From positions 63,082,623-63,118,366 of the forward strand of contig NC_068981.1 of assembly GCF_001194135.2 (NCBI RefSeq): a DNA stretch of 35,744 nucleotides, written 5' to 3'. Positions 10,722 to 22,084 of the stretch are shown here, in pieces; positions within the stretch are counted from its first letter, which is position 1, and every line of letters starts with the position of its first letter. A program made the translations under genes and the position numbers. Below the pieces are notes generated by a model that saw nothing but the letters and a program-made list of their open reading frames with translations, searched no databases and was not told where the DNA came from. The stretch is from Octopus bimaculoides. Lineage: Eukaryota.

Positions 10722-10780
10722 GTGATTGTCACATGCTGATGACGGGTAAATACCCAGAAACTTGGGTCCGTGTGTATCAC
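10722..10780 (+). ncRNA. Type I hammerhead ribozyme motif (minimal, Penelope/retrozyme-like)
   Basis: CUGAUGA (10736-10742); stem II GGGUA/UACCC; GAAA (10757-10760); helix III AC/GU; GUC cleavage triplet (10766-10768); stem I CACAUG/CGUGUG extended by GUGAU/AUCAC. Confidence 0.78.
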
Positions 10781-10988
10781 ATCAGGCTGGAGATGGGAAC
10801 GATGACTTCCCTTTGCAAATACTGATAGGGCACAGATAGTGTGTCAATAGCCAGCTGGAAGAGATGTCTTCCTGGGGCTACAAGCTACAGTAGCATCAAC
10901 CCTTAAGGGTTAGTTACATTTAGGTGGCAAATATACTTCATGGTGTCATGCAGCTACTGTTTATACCTTGCTCAGAGATTTATTATTG

Positions 10989-11035
<47 letters not shown>

Positions 11036-11267
11036 GAAAGCAGCAAACTGGCAGAATTGTTAGTATGCCAGAGGGCAAAATGCTTAGCAGCATTTTGTCT
11101 GTCTTTGTGTTCTGTGTTAAAATTCCTCTGAAGTCAAGTTTACCATTCATTCTTTTAGAGTCAATGAAATAAATACGAGTTACACACTGGGATCAATGAA
11201 ATCTACTTGCCCCTCCCCATCCCCCAAGTTTCAGGTCTTATGCCTATAGTAGAAAGGATTATTATCA
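11036..11267 (+). mobile_element. SINE family B
   Basis: aactggcagaattgttag head, tail gtcttatgcctatagtagaaaggattatt. Confidence 0.8.
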
Positions 11268-11490
11268 TTAAGGGAGCCAGCTANNNNNNNNNNNNNNNNN
11301 NNNNNNNNNNNNNNNNNNNNNNNNNNNNNNNNNNNNNNNNNNNNNNNNNNNNNNNNNNNNNNNNNNNNNNNNNNNNNNNNNNNTTATTATTATCGTTATT
11401 ATTATTATCGTTATTATTATTATCATTATTATTGTTATTGTTATTGTTATTGTTATTATATTTCACATTCTTTTTTTATTCTTTTTACAG

Positions 11491-11632
11491 AACAGTAACG
11501 AGTTAAAAATTATTTCTACTGATGGAGTATTAGAATTTACTGCCAATTCAGAAGACAAAGATTATCTCTTTGAACTTCTAGGAATGGTCGTTTTAGACAA
11601 TGAATGTGCAAAATTTGACAAGGTCAAGGAAA
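11491..11632 (+). CDS. PH-domain protein, coding exon C (NSNELKIISTDGVLEFTANSEDKDYLFELLGMVVLDNECAKFDKVKE)
   Basis: Acceptor tttttttattctttttacag, donor gaaa|gtaaga, 142 nt, phase 0-1. Confidence 0.85.
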
Positions 11633-11780
11633 GTAAGACACACTTTGGATTTCAGCTTTTTATTTAGTTATTTATCATTTTATGGTGTTGTTTAGACTCA
11701 GGCCAGTTCTGCTCAAACAGATCTATGATTAGAAGGATTCCAGCCATGATAATCTCTCTCATTTAAAAAAAAAATCTGTC

Positions 11781-11945
11781 TGTGTAGTAAGATATTTGTT
11801 CCCCAACCACATGATTCTAGGTTCAGTCCCACTGTGTTTAACCTTGGACAAGTGTCTTCTACTGTAGCCTTGGGCCAACTAAAGTCTTGTGAGTGGATTT
11901 GGTAGACAGAAACTGAAAGAAGCTTGCCACACATGCACACACGCA

Positions 11946-11982
<37 letters not shown>
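11781..11982 (+). mobile_element. SINE family A, 5' half running into (CA)n and an N gap
   Basis: aaccacatgattctaggttcagtcccactg..ccttggacaagtgtcttc..gtgagtggatttggtagac. Confidence 0.85.
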
Positions 11983-12482
11983 NNNNNNNNNNCGAGGCAA
12001 CTTCAGGTCATCAGTGTCACTTGGGCTTATCACAGATTTTGTCACTTAGGCTCAATACAGACACATGCCTGCTCAAAGAATTTCACATTTTCCCGCAATA
12101 TTTCTAGCCCCAAATGGATTATTTTTTTATATTTATCACTATGCCTTTCTCCATTTCTAAGTTAAGGCTAAAAATAAAGCAGCCCTGCAAAACACAACTG
12201 ATCTTTACTCACAAGCGCACAGAATAAAAGCAATCAAATAACGACAGTGGAGTGCACAACAAGCATTAGCGACCTGACTGTCGCCTGTACTCTTGACAAG
12301 AGATGCCATTTAGTCTTTTACACCTACCAGGCTCCTTCGTATTAGCCCGAGTTGCTGGATAATTTTTCGTTCCTTTAAGAATATTCTAGAACAGAAACTT
12401 TTCATAGATTGGAATTTAAATCCTAATCTCTACAGAAATTTATTGTTTCGAGAAAACATTGAATTTTAATTACTTTTAATTT

Positions 12483-13735
12483 TCATCATCATCATCATCA
12501 TCATCATTGTTTAACATCTATTTTCCATGCTGGCATACGTTGGGACAGTTTGATTGAGGTCTGGAGAGCCAGCAGCTGCACCAGGCTTCAATCTGATCTG
12601 GCAATGTTTCTACAGCTGGATGCCCTTCCTAACACCAACCACTCCGAGAGTGTAGTGGGTGCTTATTACGTGTCATCAGCAAGGGATCCAGTCAGACGGC
12701 ACTAGAATCGACCACATTCAGATGCTGCTTTTTATGCTACAGGCACATGAGCCAGTCACGTAGGCATGGCATCGATTACGTTTGGATGGTGCTTTTTACA
12801 TGCCACAGGCATGGAGGCCAGTCAGTGGGTACTGGCATCGGCCATGTTCGGATGATGCTTTTTACGTGCCGCCGGCATGTGAGCCAGTAAGGGGATACTG
12901 ACATCTGCCACATACGGATGGTGCTTTTTATGTGCCACTGGCATGGAAGCCAGTCAGGGGGCACTGGTCACAACTATGATATTGGTTTTACTTGACTCAA
13001 CAGGTCTTCCCAAGCATATATCGCATAACACATCAGGGGTACTCTTAACTGGGCTGGACATGCATGGCTGCGATTTCACTTTAGTTGCCAGGTCTTCTCA
13101 ATCGCAGCATATCTCCAAAGGTCTCAGTCTCCTGTCATTGCTTCTGTGAAGCCTAATGTTCAAAGGCCATGCTTCACTACCTCATCCTATGTCTTCCTGG
13201 GTTTACCTCTTCCACAGGTTCCTTCCACAGTTAGGAAGTGGCACTTCGTCATGCAGCTGTCCTCATCCATATGTAACACATGACCATACCAGCGCAGTTG
13301 TCTCACTTGCACACCATATTTGATGCTTCTTATGCCCAGCTTTTCTCTCAGGATTACACATCCAGTGGATCATACTAGCTTCATTTCTTTGAAGCCTACA
13401 CATGTCTTCAGCAGTCATGGACCATGTTTCACTGCCGTGAAGCATAACAGTTTGCACACAGGCATCATACGGTCTACCTTTCATCCTGAGCGAGAGGCCC
13501 TTAGTTGCCAGCAGAGGTAGGAGCTCCCTGAACTTTGCCCAGGCTATCCTTATTCTAGCCACTATACTCTCATAGTAACCACCCCACTACAGACTTGGTC
13601 ACCTAGGTAGTAGAAGCTATTAACTGCTTCTAGTTTCTACCCCTGACATGTGATGGAATCTGTTTTCTGCACATCTTCAGTGTTTATTGCCACTGTGCAT
13701 CAGTCACACACAAGAATTATTTACCTGGTTAACCT
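12483..13735 (-). mobile_element. 5'-truncated RTE-clade LINE: RT C-terminal part plus repeat-containing 3' UTR and (GAT)n tail
   Basis: Minus-strand FYYLGDQV..ARIRIAWAKFRELLPLL..YDACVQTVMLHGSETW..NEASMIHWMC is typical RTE ORF; disrupted by stops and frameshifts. Confidence 0.92.
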
Positions 13736-14171
13736 TCCTTTAATATTGCTGCACTTTTTATGTGTCCATAGCTTACACTAGATACACTGTATGGAGTTTC
13801 TAAGCACACCTTTTCTACAGATCAAGCAGGGTCATCTACCTGAAGGGGATTGTAGTTTGACAGCCTTCCTAATTACTAAGACTTTGATTTTTGCTAGGTT
13901 AACTGAAACAAAGAAAAGAAAGACAAAAGTCATTTAACAGTGTGATCTTTCTTCTATGTTATCTGAGGGAGATCTGGCTGCTGTTTCAAGCAAGTTTAGC
14001 AATTGCATAGTGAAGTGTTTTTTTAACCTTTTTCATTTAGTGATTTTGCTTCAAAAAGTATAAAAAACTAATGCCATTTGTAATAAATTTGGTACTAATT
14101 AACTACTCAATTATATTTTAAAATGTGAAAAATTATAAAGCAAATTGAAAGTCATTATTGTTCACGTATTT

Positions 14172-14337
14172 GAAGTGGCAAGCTGGTAGAAGTACACCAG
14201 ACAAAATGCTTAGTGGCATTTCATCCACCTTTATGTTCTGAGTTCAAATCCCACCAAGGTCAGCTTTGCCTTTCATTGTGTTGGGGTTGATAAAAAAAGT
14301 ATCAATTGAAATTGCTGTGCCAAAATTTGAAACCACT
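14172..14337 (+). mobile_element. SINE family B (degenerate)
   Basis: gcaagctggtagaa..tctgagttcaaatccc..ctttgcctttcatt. Confidence 0.75.
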
Positions 14338-14466
14338 AATATTTAACCAGACAGAAGCTCTTTTCTTTGATTCCTTGTTACATTTTAATGAAATGGGTGA
14401 ATTATGGTAGCATCTTTTAGATACGTTGTTATTAACTAATGAATTATGTCTTTTTTATATTTACAG

Positions 14467-14572
14467 AAGAACTTGATAGACAATCCATGAACCTTGTCTT
14501 CAAGAATAGGAATATTTTGAAAGAAGGTGTTATAGAGAAAAGAGTTGATGCCAACATGTTGTTATGGCTGGA
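14467..14572 (+). CDS. PH-domain protein, coding exon D (KELDRQSMNLVFKNRNILKEGVIEKRVDANMLLWL), PH strand beta1
   Basis: Acceptor ttttttatatttacag, donor ga|gtatgt, 106 nt, phase 1-2. ILKEGVIEKR resembles the PH-domain beta1 motif. Confidence 0.88.
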
Positions 14573-14779
14573 GTATGTATAATTTTTGTAAAATTTGTGT
14601 GTGTGTGAATGTGTGTATTTATTTTAGAGAACAATAGGATGATCTCAGATTGGTTCTAACGATCGCACTTGAGGCTTTAAAATAAATAAATGTCAGGATC
14701 TCTACATGTCTTTCAGGTATAAATTAAGTGCTGTCTTCTACATGAATAAATATATATGAATATGTGAGGTCATACATGA

Positions 14780-15070
14780 GGATGCATGGCCTGGTGATTA
14801 GGTTGTTGCACTCATAATTGCAAGATCATGGTTTCAATTCCTTGACCAGGTGTTGTGTTGTGTTCTTGAGCAAAACATTTCATCTCACGTTGGTCTATGA
14901 TCATTTCAATGCCTGATACATGGTACACTGTGCACATATATAGGGAATGTTGATTTGATGGAGGAAGTTAGCTAATGTACAGCACATTCATTTGACCACT
15001 ATAAACAAATCATTTGTGCAGTTTTTTGGCAAAAAGCTGAACACTCATACATCATCTTCAATGGGAAAGT
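14780..15070 (+). mobile_element. tRNA-derived SINE, family D
   Basis: tRNA-like head (catggcctggtgattag..ggtttcaattcc) and tgtgttcttgagcaaaaca block, with a 3' body distinct from family C. Confidence 0.65.
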
Positions 15071-16049
15071 CCATCATATACATGTAGGTAAAGTTGATAT
15101 AAAGCAATGAATAAGAGAAAATGGATTGAGCGACATTCTTTCATTTCTCTACACTTGTTTCCGTACATCTTTACAATTGTTGTACATTGGTGATATGATA
15201 TAATTAATACATTGTGTAATCACTATCATCCATCAAAGATGTAAAATGTGTCTTTTTCAGGTGATTATTTTAAATAAGTTCTTTGTTATTTCACACTGTC
15301 ATTTCTCTCCATACCAGAATGAATACCCAAAGCAGTGTGCTATTTTCAGCAATTTGCAGACAAAACTGAAACCATAGATAAAAATGACAGACCAAATAAA
15401 AATATAATCAAAATGCAAAAACAAAGAAACAAACACACACAAAAAGCTTCCATGTCCAATTAACTATGAAATATAATTCGATCTTCACAGTCAGATTATT
15501 AGGAAAGAAAGAGAAACACAGTAAAGAATGAAATTAAATGTTTTGAGATAATAATTTGATAAACTGATAAGGGCTGACCATTTTTGTGCTTGTCAGCTAT
15601 CAACTTGAAAAGGTGTTAAAGTACCTCCTATCCATTATAACAAAACATTTGTCTCTAACATACACTGGAATCTCCCCCACATACATACATATTCGTTCAT
15701 GTACCCACAAACATGGCCGTGTATATACATACCCATATATCTATTTATACATGCAGACACATATGCTTCTTACATACATTCTTAGTAATTTTGCTATTTA
15801 TATATATATATATGTCAAGTTCTAATGTATGTCAAGTTCTAAGTCTATGAGCAATGGTAAAACCGCTACAATGTTGAATGGCTAGAATTTGTTTACATAA
15901 CTCCAGATAGATTTATACAGCTATATTTATCTATTCACACACATCCACAATAAGCTAATAATCCATGTAATCCATGTAGTAGATATATGAACATCCCCCC
16001 CCCCCTATCTGTAATCCAATATTAATACACACATTGAGAGTTTCTATCT

Positions 16050-16790
16050 TTGTTGGTAACAAAGGGCTTCTCCTTCAGAGTGAAAGGTAGATTGTATGAT
16101 GCCTGTCTGTGAACAGCCATGTTACATGGCAGTGAAACATGGGCTGTGACTGCAGTGGACATGTGAAAGTTTGAAAGAAATTAAGCTAGAATGCTTCACT
16201 GGATGTGCAACGTCAGTGTGCATGTACAACAGAGTGTAAGTATCTTGAGAGAAAAACTTGGCATAAGAGGCATCAGATGTCGTGTGCTAGAGAGGTGACT
16301 GTACTGGTATGATCATGTGATGCATATGGCTCAGGACAGCCATGTAAAGAAGTGCCAATCTGTGGAGGGAACCTGTGGAAGAGGTAGACCCAAGAAGACA
16401 TGGGATGAGGTGGGGAAGCATGATCTTCGAATGTGGGGTCTCACAGAGGTGATGACAAGTGATCGTGACCTTTGGTGATTTACTGTGCTTGAGAAGACTT
16501 ATCAAGCCAGGTGAAATCATAATTGTGGCTGGTGCCAGTGACACATAAAAGCATCTATACTGGTGACACACAAAAGCACCCATACCAGTGACATGTAAAA
16601 GGCACCCACTACACTCTTAGAATGGTTGGCATTAGGAAGGGCATCCAACTGTAGAAACCAAGCCAAAATCAGACTGGAACCTGGTACAGCTCTCTGGTTT
16701 ATCAGTTCCAGTCAAACAATCTAACCCATGCCAGCATAGAAAGTAGACACTAAATAATGATGTTGATGATGATGATGACAATGATACTTG
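16050..16790 (+). mobile_element. 5'-truncated RTE-clade LINE, same family as 12483-13735
   Basis: KGFSFRVKGRLYDAC..MLHGSETWAVT..GRGRPKKTWDEV remnants; 3' UTR and (GAT)n tail. Confidence 0.92.
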
Positions 16791-17325
16791 GCAACAAGTA
16801 CTTCTATAGACTTGCACCTGAGGGATGTATATACAACTGCATATGCTGTATGTACATAGTGACAATTAAAACATTTCTCAGTAGAGATATTCCTCAGAAT
16901 GATTAACAGAAATGACTACAATATAATAACGTCCAATATAATAAAATAAGCAAATTGCATCAATAGAGGTTTACATATTATTTGTTTTTACCAAACTGCA
17001 AAAATGAACATTTTAGCCTGTGGTTGCATCTAGTAACTATTTTGGGGCACCTATTCACAAGATGTGTATATTTGAGTGTGTGTATCGTCATCATCATCAT
17101 CGTCGTCGTCGTCGTCGTCGTCATCGTCGTCATCATCATCGTTTAATGTCTGCCTTCCATGCATATGTTTAAATAATTTATAATTAATTCTAATGTACTT
17201 AATTCTTATTGTATGTTATAGTAGGCTTTAAAATGCTTATATTATTAGATTAGTATTTTGGATATAGTTTTCTATGCGTACTCCAGAAATTGAAGTTATG
17301 GTCCTATTGGTAAAACCCCAAATTT

Positions 17326-17361
<36 letters not shown>

Positions 17362-18021
17362 TATATATATATATATATTAAAGCAAAAAGTTAAATTCTG
17401 GTCATAGAGTAACCAATGGTTTCATTTCCACAAAAGCTACAACCTTGTGGACAGCTCATCAAACTCTGTTATGCTTACTGCTCTATTCTTTAAAGTGTGC
17501 TTCTTTTTCTGATATATGTTATATTGACAATATGTGTGTGTGTGTGTGTGTGTGTGTAGGTTGTCTAAGTGTTCATAAGTCAGGAAAAGATGATTGGTTG
17601 TCATATTTCATTCCATATAGGCTACCTCTGATAATCACAAGGTTACGTAATCACTTTGTTACCTAACACTCCATTGAATCCCTAGTGTGAAACTGATTGG
17701 TAAGGTTGGCTGCAATGGATATATAATACTGTACACTTTGGATAATATACATGCGTGTGTGTATGTGTATTATGTATATGTATACATGCACAAACACACA
17801 TACACACTCACAGACACACACACATACATCCGCACATGTGTGGGTGAGTAACTAATTTGTCTGCAGCATTAAATCAACTCACTGTCATGTACTTGTGGAT
17901 TTGTAAATGATATTTCTTAGTCAGAAAAACAGACATGTATTTTTTTAATAGACATAAGCTAGATATTATAATATAAGATATAAATATATAGATATTAATA
18001 AAACTTAAAGCCATGTTGAAG

Positions 18022-18427
18022 AAGTGGCTGTGTGGTAAGTAGCTTGCTTACCAACCACATGGTTCTGGGTTCAGTCTCACTGTGTGGCACCTTGGGCAAG
18101 TGTCTTCTACTATAGCCTCGGGCCGACCAAAGCCTTGTGAGTGGATTTGGTAGACGGAAACTGGAAGAAGCCCGTCGTATCTATGTATATATATATATAT
18201 GTGTGTGTGTGTGTTTGTGTGTTTGTCTCCCCTCCCACCAGCATCACTTGACAACCAATGCTGGTGTGTTTATGTCCCCGTAACTTAGCAGTTTGGCAAA
18301 AGAGACCGATAGAATAAGTACTAGGCTTACAAAGAATAAGTCCTGGGGTCGATTTGCTTGACTAAAGGCGGTGCTCCAGCATGGCTGCAGTCAAATGACT
18401 GAAACTAGTAAAAGAGAATAAAGAGAG
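18022..18427 (+). mobile_element. SINE family A, near full length and little diverged
   Basis: Complete head, core, microsatellite and tail with (AAAAGAG)-type end. Confidence 0.92.
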
Positions 18428-19043
18428 TTTTAATACTTCAACATGGCTTTAAGTTTCATGACAAATCGAGTGTTTTCCAATTTGATTTGAAAGATTTGAG
18501 TTGCAAAAGACCTTCTCTCTGTTCACTCTGTTTGAAGTATGAATTATTTAGCAAGATATGTAAAGTCTTGGAAATGTAGTAACATTTACATACTATTTTA
18601 TAATAAATGTATTCACTTGGCACTAAGTACTGAGTACTCTTTTCATTTTTTTTTTTTTTTATTAAACTACATGTGTTATTACTGGCCATTTTAAAATTCA
18701 TTTCCTTTTCTGACTAAATTTCTTCCCCGCATTTTCTTTTCTTTCCCTCTTTCTCACTTTGTTGCTTTGTTTGTCTAGTTGTTAGTTTGTGTGTGTGTGT
18801 GTGTGTGTGTGTAAACAGAACAGCATAAACTTCGAGTTAAATATGCCATTTAAATATGCCATCTAGTTAAATATGCCTTCATTTACTTGGACAGTTTAGT
18901 ATTGAAGTGATTATACTTACAGGAATCTTATTATGTTAAGAATGGAAAGCAGGAAAGCAGAGAGTATATGTTGTGTAATTAACATGATGTCTGTTTACTC
19001 ATGAATTAAAATTCTTTCATTCTCATGTTTTTATTAGAGTAAA

Positions 19044-19525
19044 TGGATGGCAGAATCAGTAGACTGACAAAATATCTTGCAATATTTAAGGTGGTGAGCT
19101 GGCAGAATCATTACCCTGCTTTGCAAAGTGCTTAGAATTTCATATGTCTACACATTCTGAGTTCAAATTCCACCCAATGCTGATTTTGCCTTTCCTCCTT
19201 TCAGGGCTGATAAAATAAGTACCAGTTGAATATTGGGGTAGATTTAATTGACTAGCCCCCTCCCTGAAATTGCAGACCTTGCGCCAAAAATTGAAGTCAA
19301 TATTTAAGGCAGCGAGCTGGCAGAATCGTTACCGCACCAGGTGAAATGCCTAGTGGTATTTTGTCTGTCTTCATGTACTTAGTTCAAATTCTGCTGAGGT
19401 TGACTTTGCATTTCATCCTTTCGAGGTCAATAAAATAAATTCCACTTGAGTACTGGGGGATGATCCAATCAACTAGCCCCCTCCCTTGAAATTACTAGCC
19501 TTGTGCCAAAATTTGAAATCAATAT
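19044..19525 (+). mobile_element. Head-to-tail array of family B SINEs (one partial plus two near-complete)
   Basis: tggcagaatc heads near 19047, 19100 and 19319, each unit ending caatattt. Confidence 0.8.
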
Positions 19526-19694
19526 TAATATGTCTTAGGTTCCTAGTTCAAATCACATTCAGATCCACTTTGTCTTTCAATCTTCTGTATTTGATGAAAT
19601 ATCATATTTGATGACATAAAAGACACACAGTCATAATAAATGCACTCCAATTTCAGCAGTGCAAATTCAATAAAAAAAGTTTTTACTGCCTTAA

Positions 19695-20225
19695 CCTGTT
19701 AGCATTTAAACCAGCTGCATCCAGTCAAAATATTCTACTTGTTTTATGTTCAAACTGGTCAGATCTGGCCTCTCACACCAACCCTACAAAATAATCCTAA
19801 AAATTAACAGTCACCTCATCAACATCACAAAGCTACAGGATAATGCATGATGAATTCATGTCTTGCAAACAACTTGCACATGCAAGTGCTACCAGTCGAG
19901 AACTCTGCATACCGGAAGCCAGCAAGTGTATGGGATCATCAGGAGAGAGTGCGCGCCGTTTTGGGGCCTACCTCTCAACGGCATCAATGCACACCGGCCC
20001 CCCTCACTGATATGAGGCCCCGCTTGCTAGATCAACTGGTTATTAAATAAAGCTCAATATTTCTCTAGCCATTGCTCATCGTCTCCTTTTAACCAAATCC
20101 AGTGGCTAGCCTTCTCCACTGTAGTTTGGATATCAGTCATGGTGGTACTTACCTTCCGATGAGTTAGGCCTAACGATAACAACAGTGAATGAATAAATAT
20201 TACTTTTGACAGAATAATATGAATA
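19695..20225 (+). mobile_element. piggyBac-like (TTAA) MITE interrupted by an insertion
   Basis: ttaa|cctgttagcattt start; body is the reverse complement of 28605-28824; split at 19858/20182. Confidence 0.65.
19859..20181 (+). mobile_element. Probable solo LTR
   Basis: 323-bp GC-richer insert with TGT..ACA termini and internal AATAAA (about 20046). No clear target-site duplication found. Confidence 0.55.
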
Positions 20226-20660
20226 TGCCAGCAATTACATTAATTTTGAGATTATCTGATATTTTTGCATAAGAAAACGGATAATCAAACTTGTTTCAAA
20301 TTAATTTTTGTGCATTTTATTAATTGCAATCAATGTAATATAGGCCTATCTTTGCATATAGGACCTTCGGCAATTTTGTGGGACATTTTTTAGGCAAAAA
20401 GTGTGTCTTACATGCCACCAAATACAGTAAGTACTAATCATTAAAAATATGAATTGAGAGATGTGGGTGGAAGTTAATATAATAGGCCATACACTCCAGC
20501 ATGACATCAGTTCGATGACTAAAACCAGTAATAGTATAAGAGTTGCAGTGACCCTGTGGTTCAGTTTGCTACTTCTTGAAAGTTACGTTTATAAAATGTT
20601 ACATAGTTAAAACTGACTGTGCAGACAAGCAATAAATTAAGCAACATAATATATATCTTC

Positions 20661-20988
20661 TATCTTTTATCTTTTACTTGTTTCTGTCATTAGACTGTGG
20701 CCATGCTAGGACACCACCTTGAATAATTTTTAGTCGAATGATTTGACCCCACTTTTTTTTTCCTTTTTTCAAGCCTGATACTTATTCTATTGGTCTCTTG
20801 ATGATCCACAAAGATATGGGGATGTAAACACACCAACACTGGTTGTCAAGTAGCAGTGGGAACAAACACAGACACAAAGACACACACACACACACATGAT
20901 GGGCTTTTTTCAGTTTCTGTCTACCAAGTCCACTCACAAGGCTTTGGTTGGTCTGAGGCTATAGTAGAAGACACTTGCCCAAGGTGCT
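20661..20988 (-). mobile_element. SINE family A (5'-truncated)
   Basis: Reverse-orientation tail, microsatellite and core. Confidence 0.85.
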
Positions 20989-21057
20989 ATTTATACATTT
21001 AAATGAAAGTTCCTTGTGAATGCAAATTAAAGATTTTTTTATTTCGTTTTGTTCCAG

Positions 21058-21112
21058 GAGACGTGTTGTTATAAAAGAAGGTGAATTTTCGTACAGTGAT
21101 ATCGCAAACCCG
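21058..21112 (+). CDS. PH-domain protein, coding exon E (ERRVVIKEGEFSYSDIANP), PH beta2-beta3
   Basis: Acceptor tttatttcgttttgttccag, donor ccg|gtatag, 55 nt, phase 2-0. Gives W-x-x-R-R-V-V-I..FSY across the junction. Confidence 0.85.
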
Positions 21113-21305
21113 GTATAGTTATTTTTTTATATCATATATATTGCTTATTTTGATGCTGTTGAATCCCGGGTTATCTCTGACCCTTCAGTCTTTTGAACCA
21201 AGCTATACCATTCATTTCCATGCTATGTTTTGAAGGGAGTCCAAAATTATATTTTCTAAATGTGCTTTTCCCCTTAATGTGATGGCAGAATGTGAACTGA
21301 GGGAG

Positions 21306-22042
21306 ATTTGGCTGATATTTTTACCAGGTTGAGCAACTTGTGGTGGTTCTCTCATAAAATTACTACAGACTGTCCTCATTTAACGACCGAGTTACGTTCC
21401 AACAGCCCCGTCGTTAAGCAAATTCGTCGTTAAACGAATATTCATAGGGTACATATTTATTTTTATAGGTATAGTGTACTGTACGTACATATAAAAACAG
21501 AATACTGTACTGTATAAAGTATATGCAGTACAGGGCCAAGAATCACTAACATAAATTGTTGAAAAATGAATAAGTAACAGTAAGATTATTACAAGGAAAA
21601 CCTTAAAAGTTAGGATATAGATACTGTATTATTGTAGCGCAGACATCGTAAGTATGTTTGTGATTCCATGCCCAGTACATAAGATGCCTAATAAACTTTT
21701 CTCAGGATTATGTAGAAAAGGTGAAAAGGTTTAAAGGAAACTCAAACATAATAACTTTGTTTTACTTTGGATAAAGATTACAAAAGCAACTTATTCTTGA
21801 CATCAAAATCCATGAAAAATCCCGTCAGTATTGTTTGCTTTGTTATCTTCTTTTTTTCGTCATAGATTTCTCGATAACATCGGAAAAGTTCAGTTGTCTG
21901 CCTTTCCACCTTGGAAAATCGTTCAAAATTTGGATCCATCGCCTCAAGTTCTATTTTGTAAAATATGTAATGACGGCTCGTAAAGTTCGTCGTAACTCCG
22001 AGTGGTTGTTAAATAGATAGGTCATTAAATGAGGACAGCCTG
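21306..22042 (-). mobile_element. Tigger/pogo-type DNA transposon, internal-deletion derivative
   Basis: TA flanks; TIR cagactgtcctcatttaacgacc versus caggctgtcctcatttaatgacc (21/23). The minus strand keeps a Tigger-like transposase C-terminus, MDPNFERFSKVERQ..CYREIYDEKKKITKQT. Confidence 0.88.
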
Positions 22043-22084
22043 TAATTTTATGTGAAGAAGAAGGATGATAGTCATGCACTTACG

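Noticed and set aside
12661-12980. CRISPR-like or coding repeat array
   Set aside because: Eukaryotic context; units are diverged tandem repeats without unique spacers and belong to a LINE 3' UTR.
18837-18877. Three copies of TTAAATATGCC; also a short duplication near 15820-15855
   Set aside because: Consistent with local replication slippage; no functional evidence.
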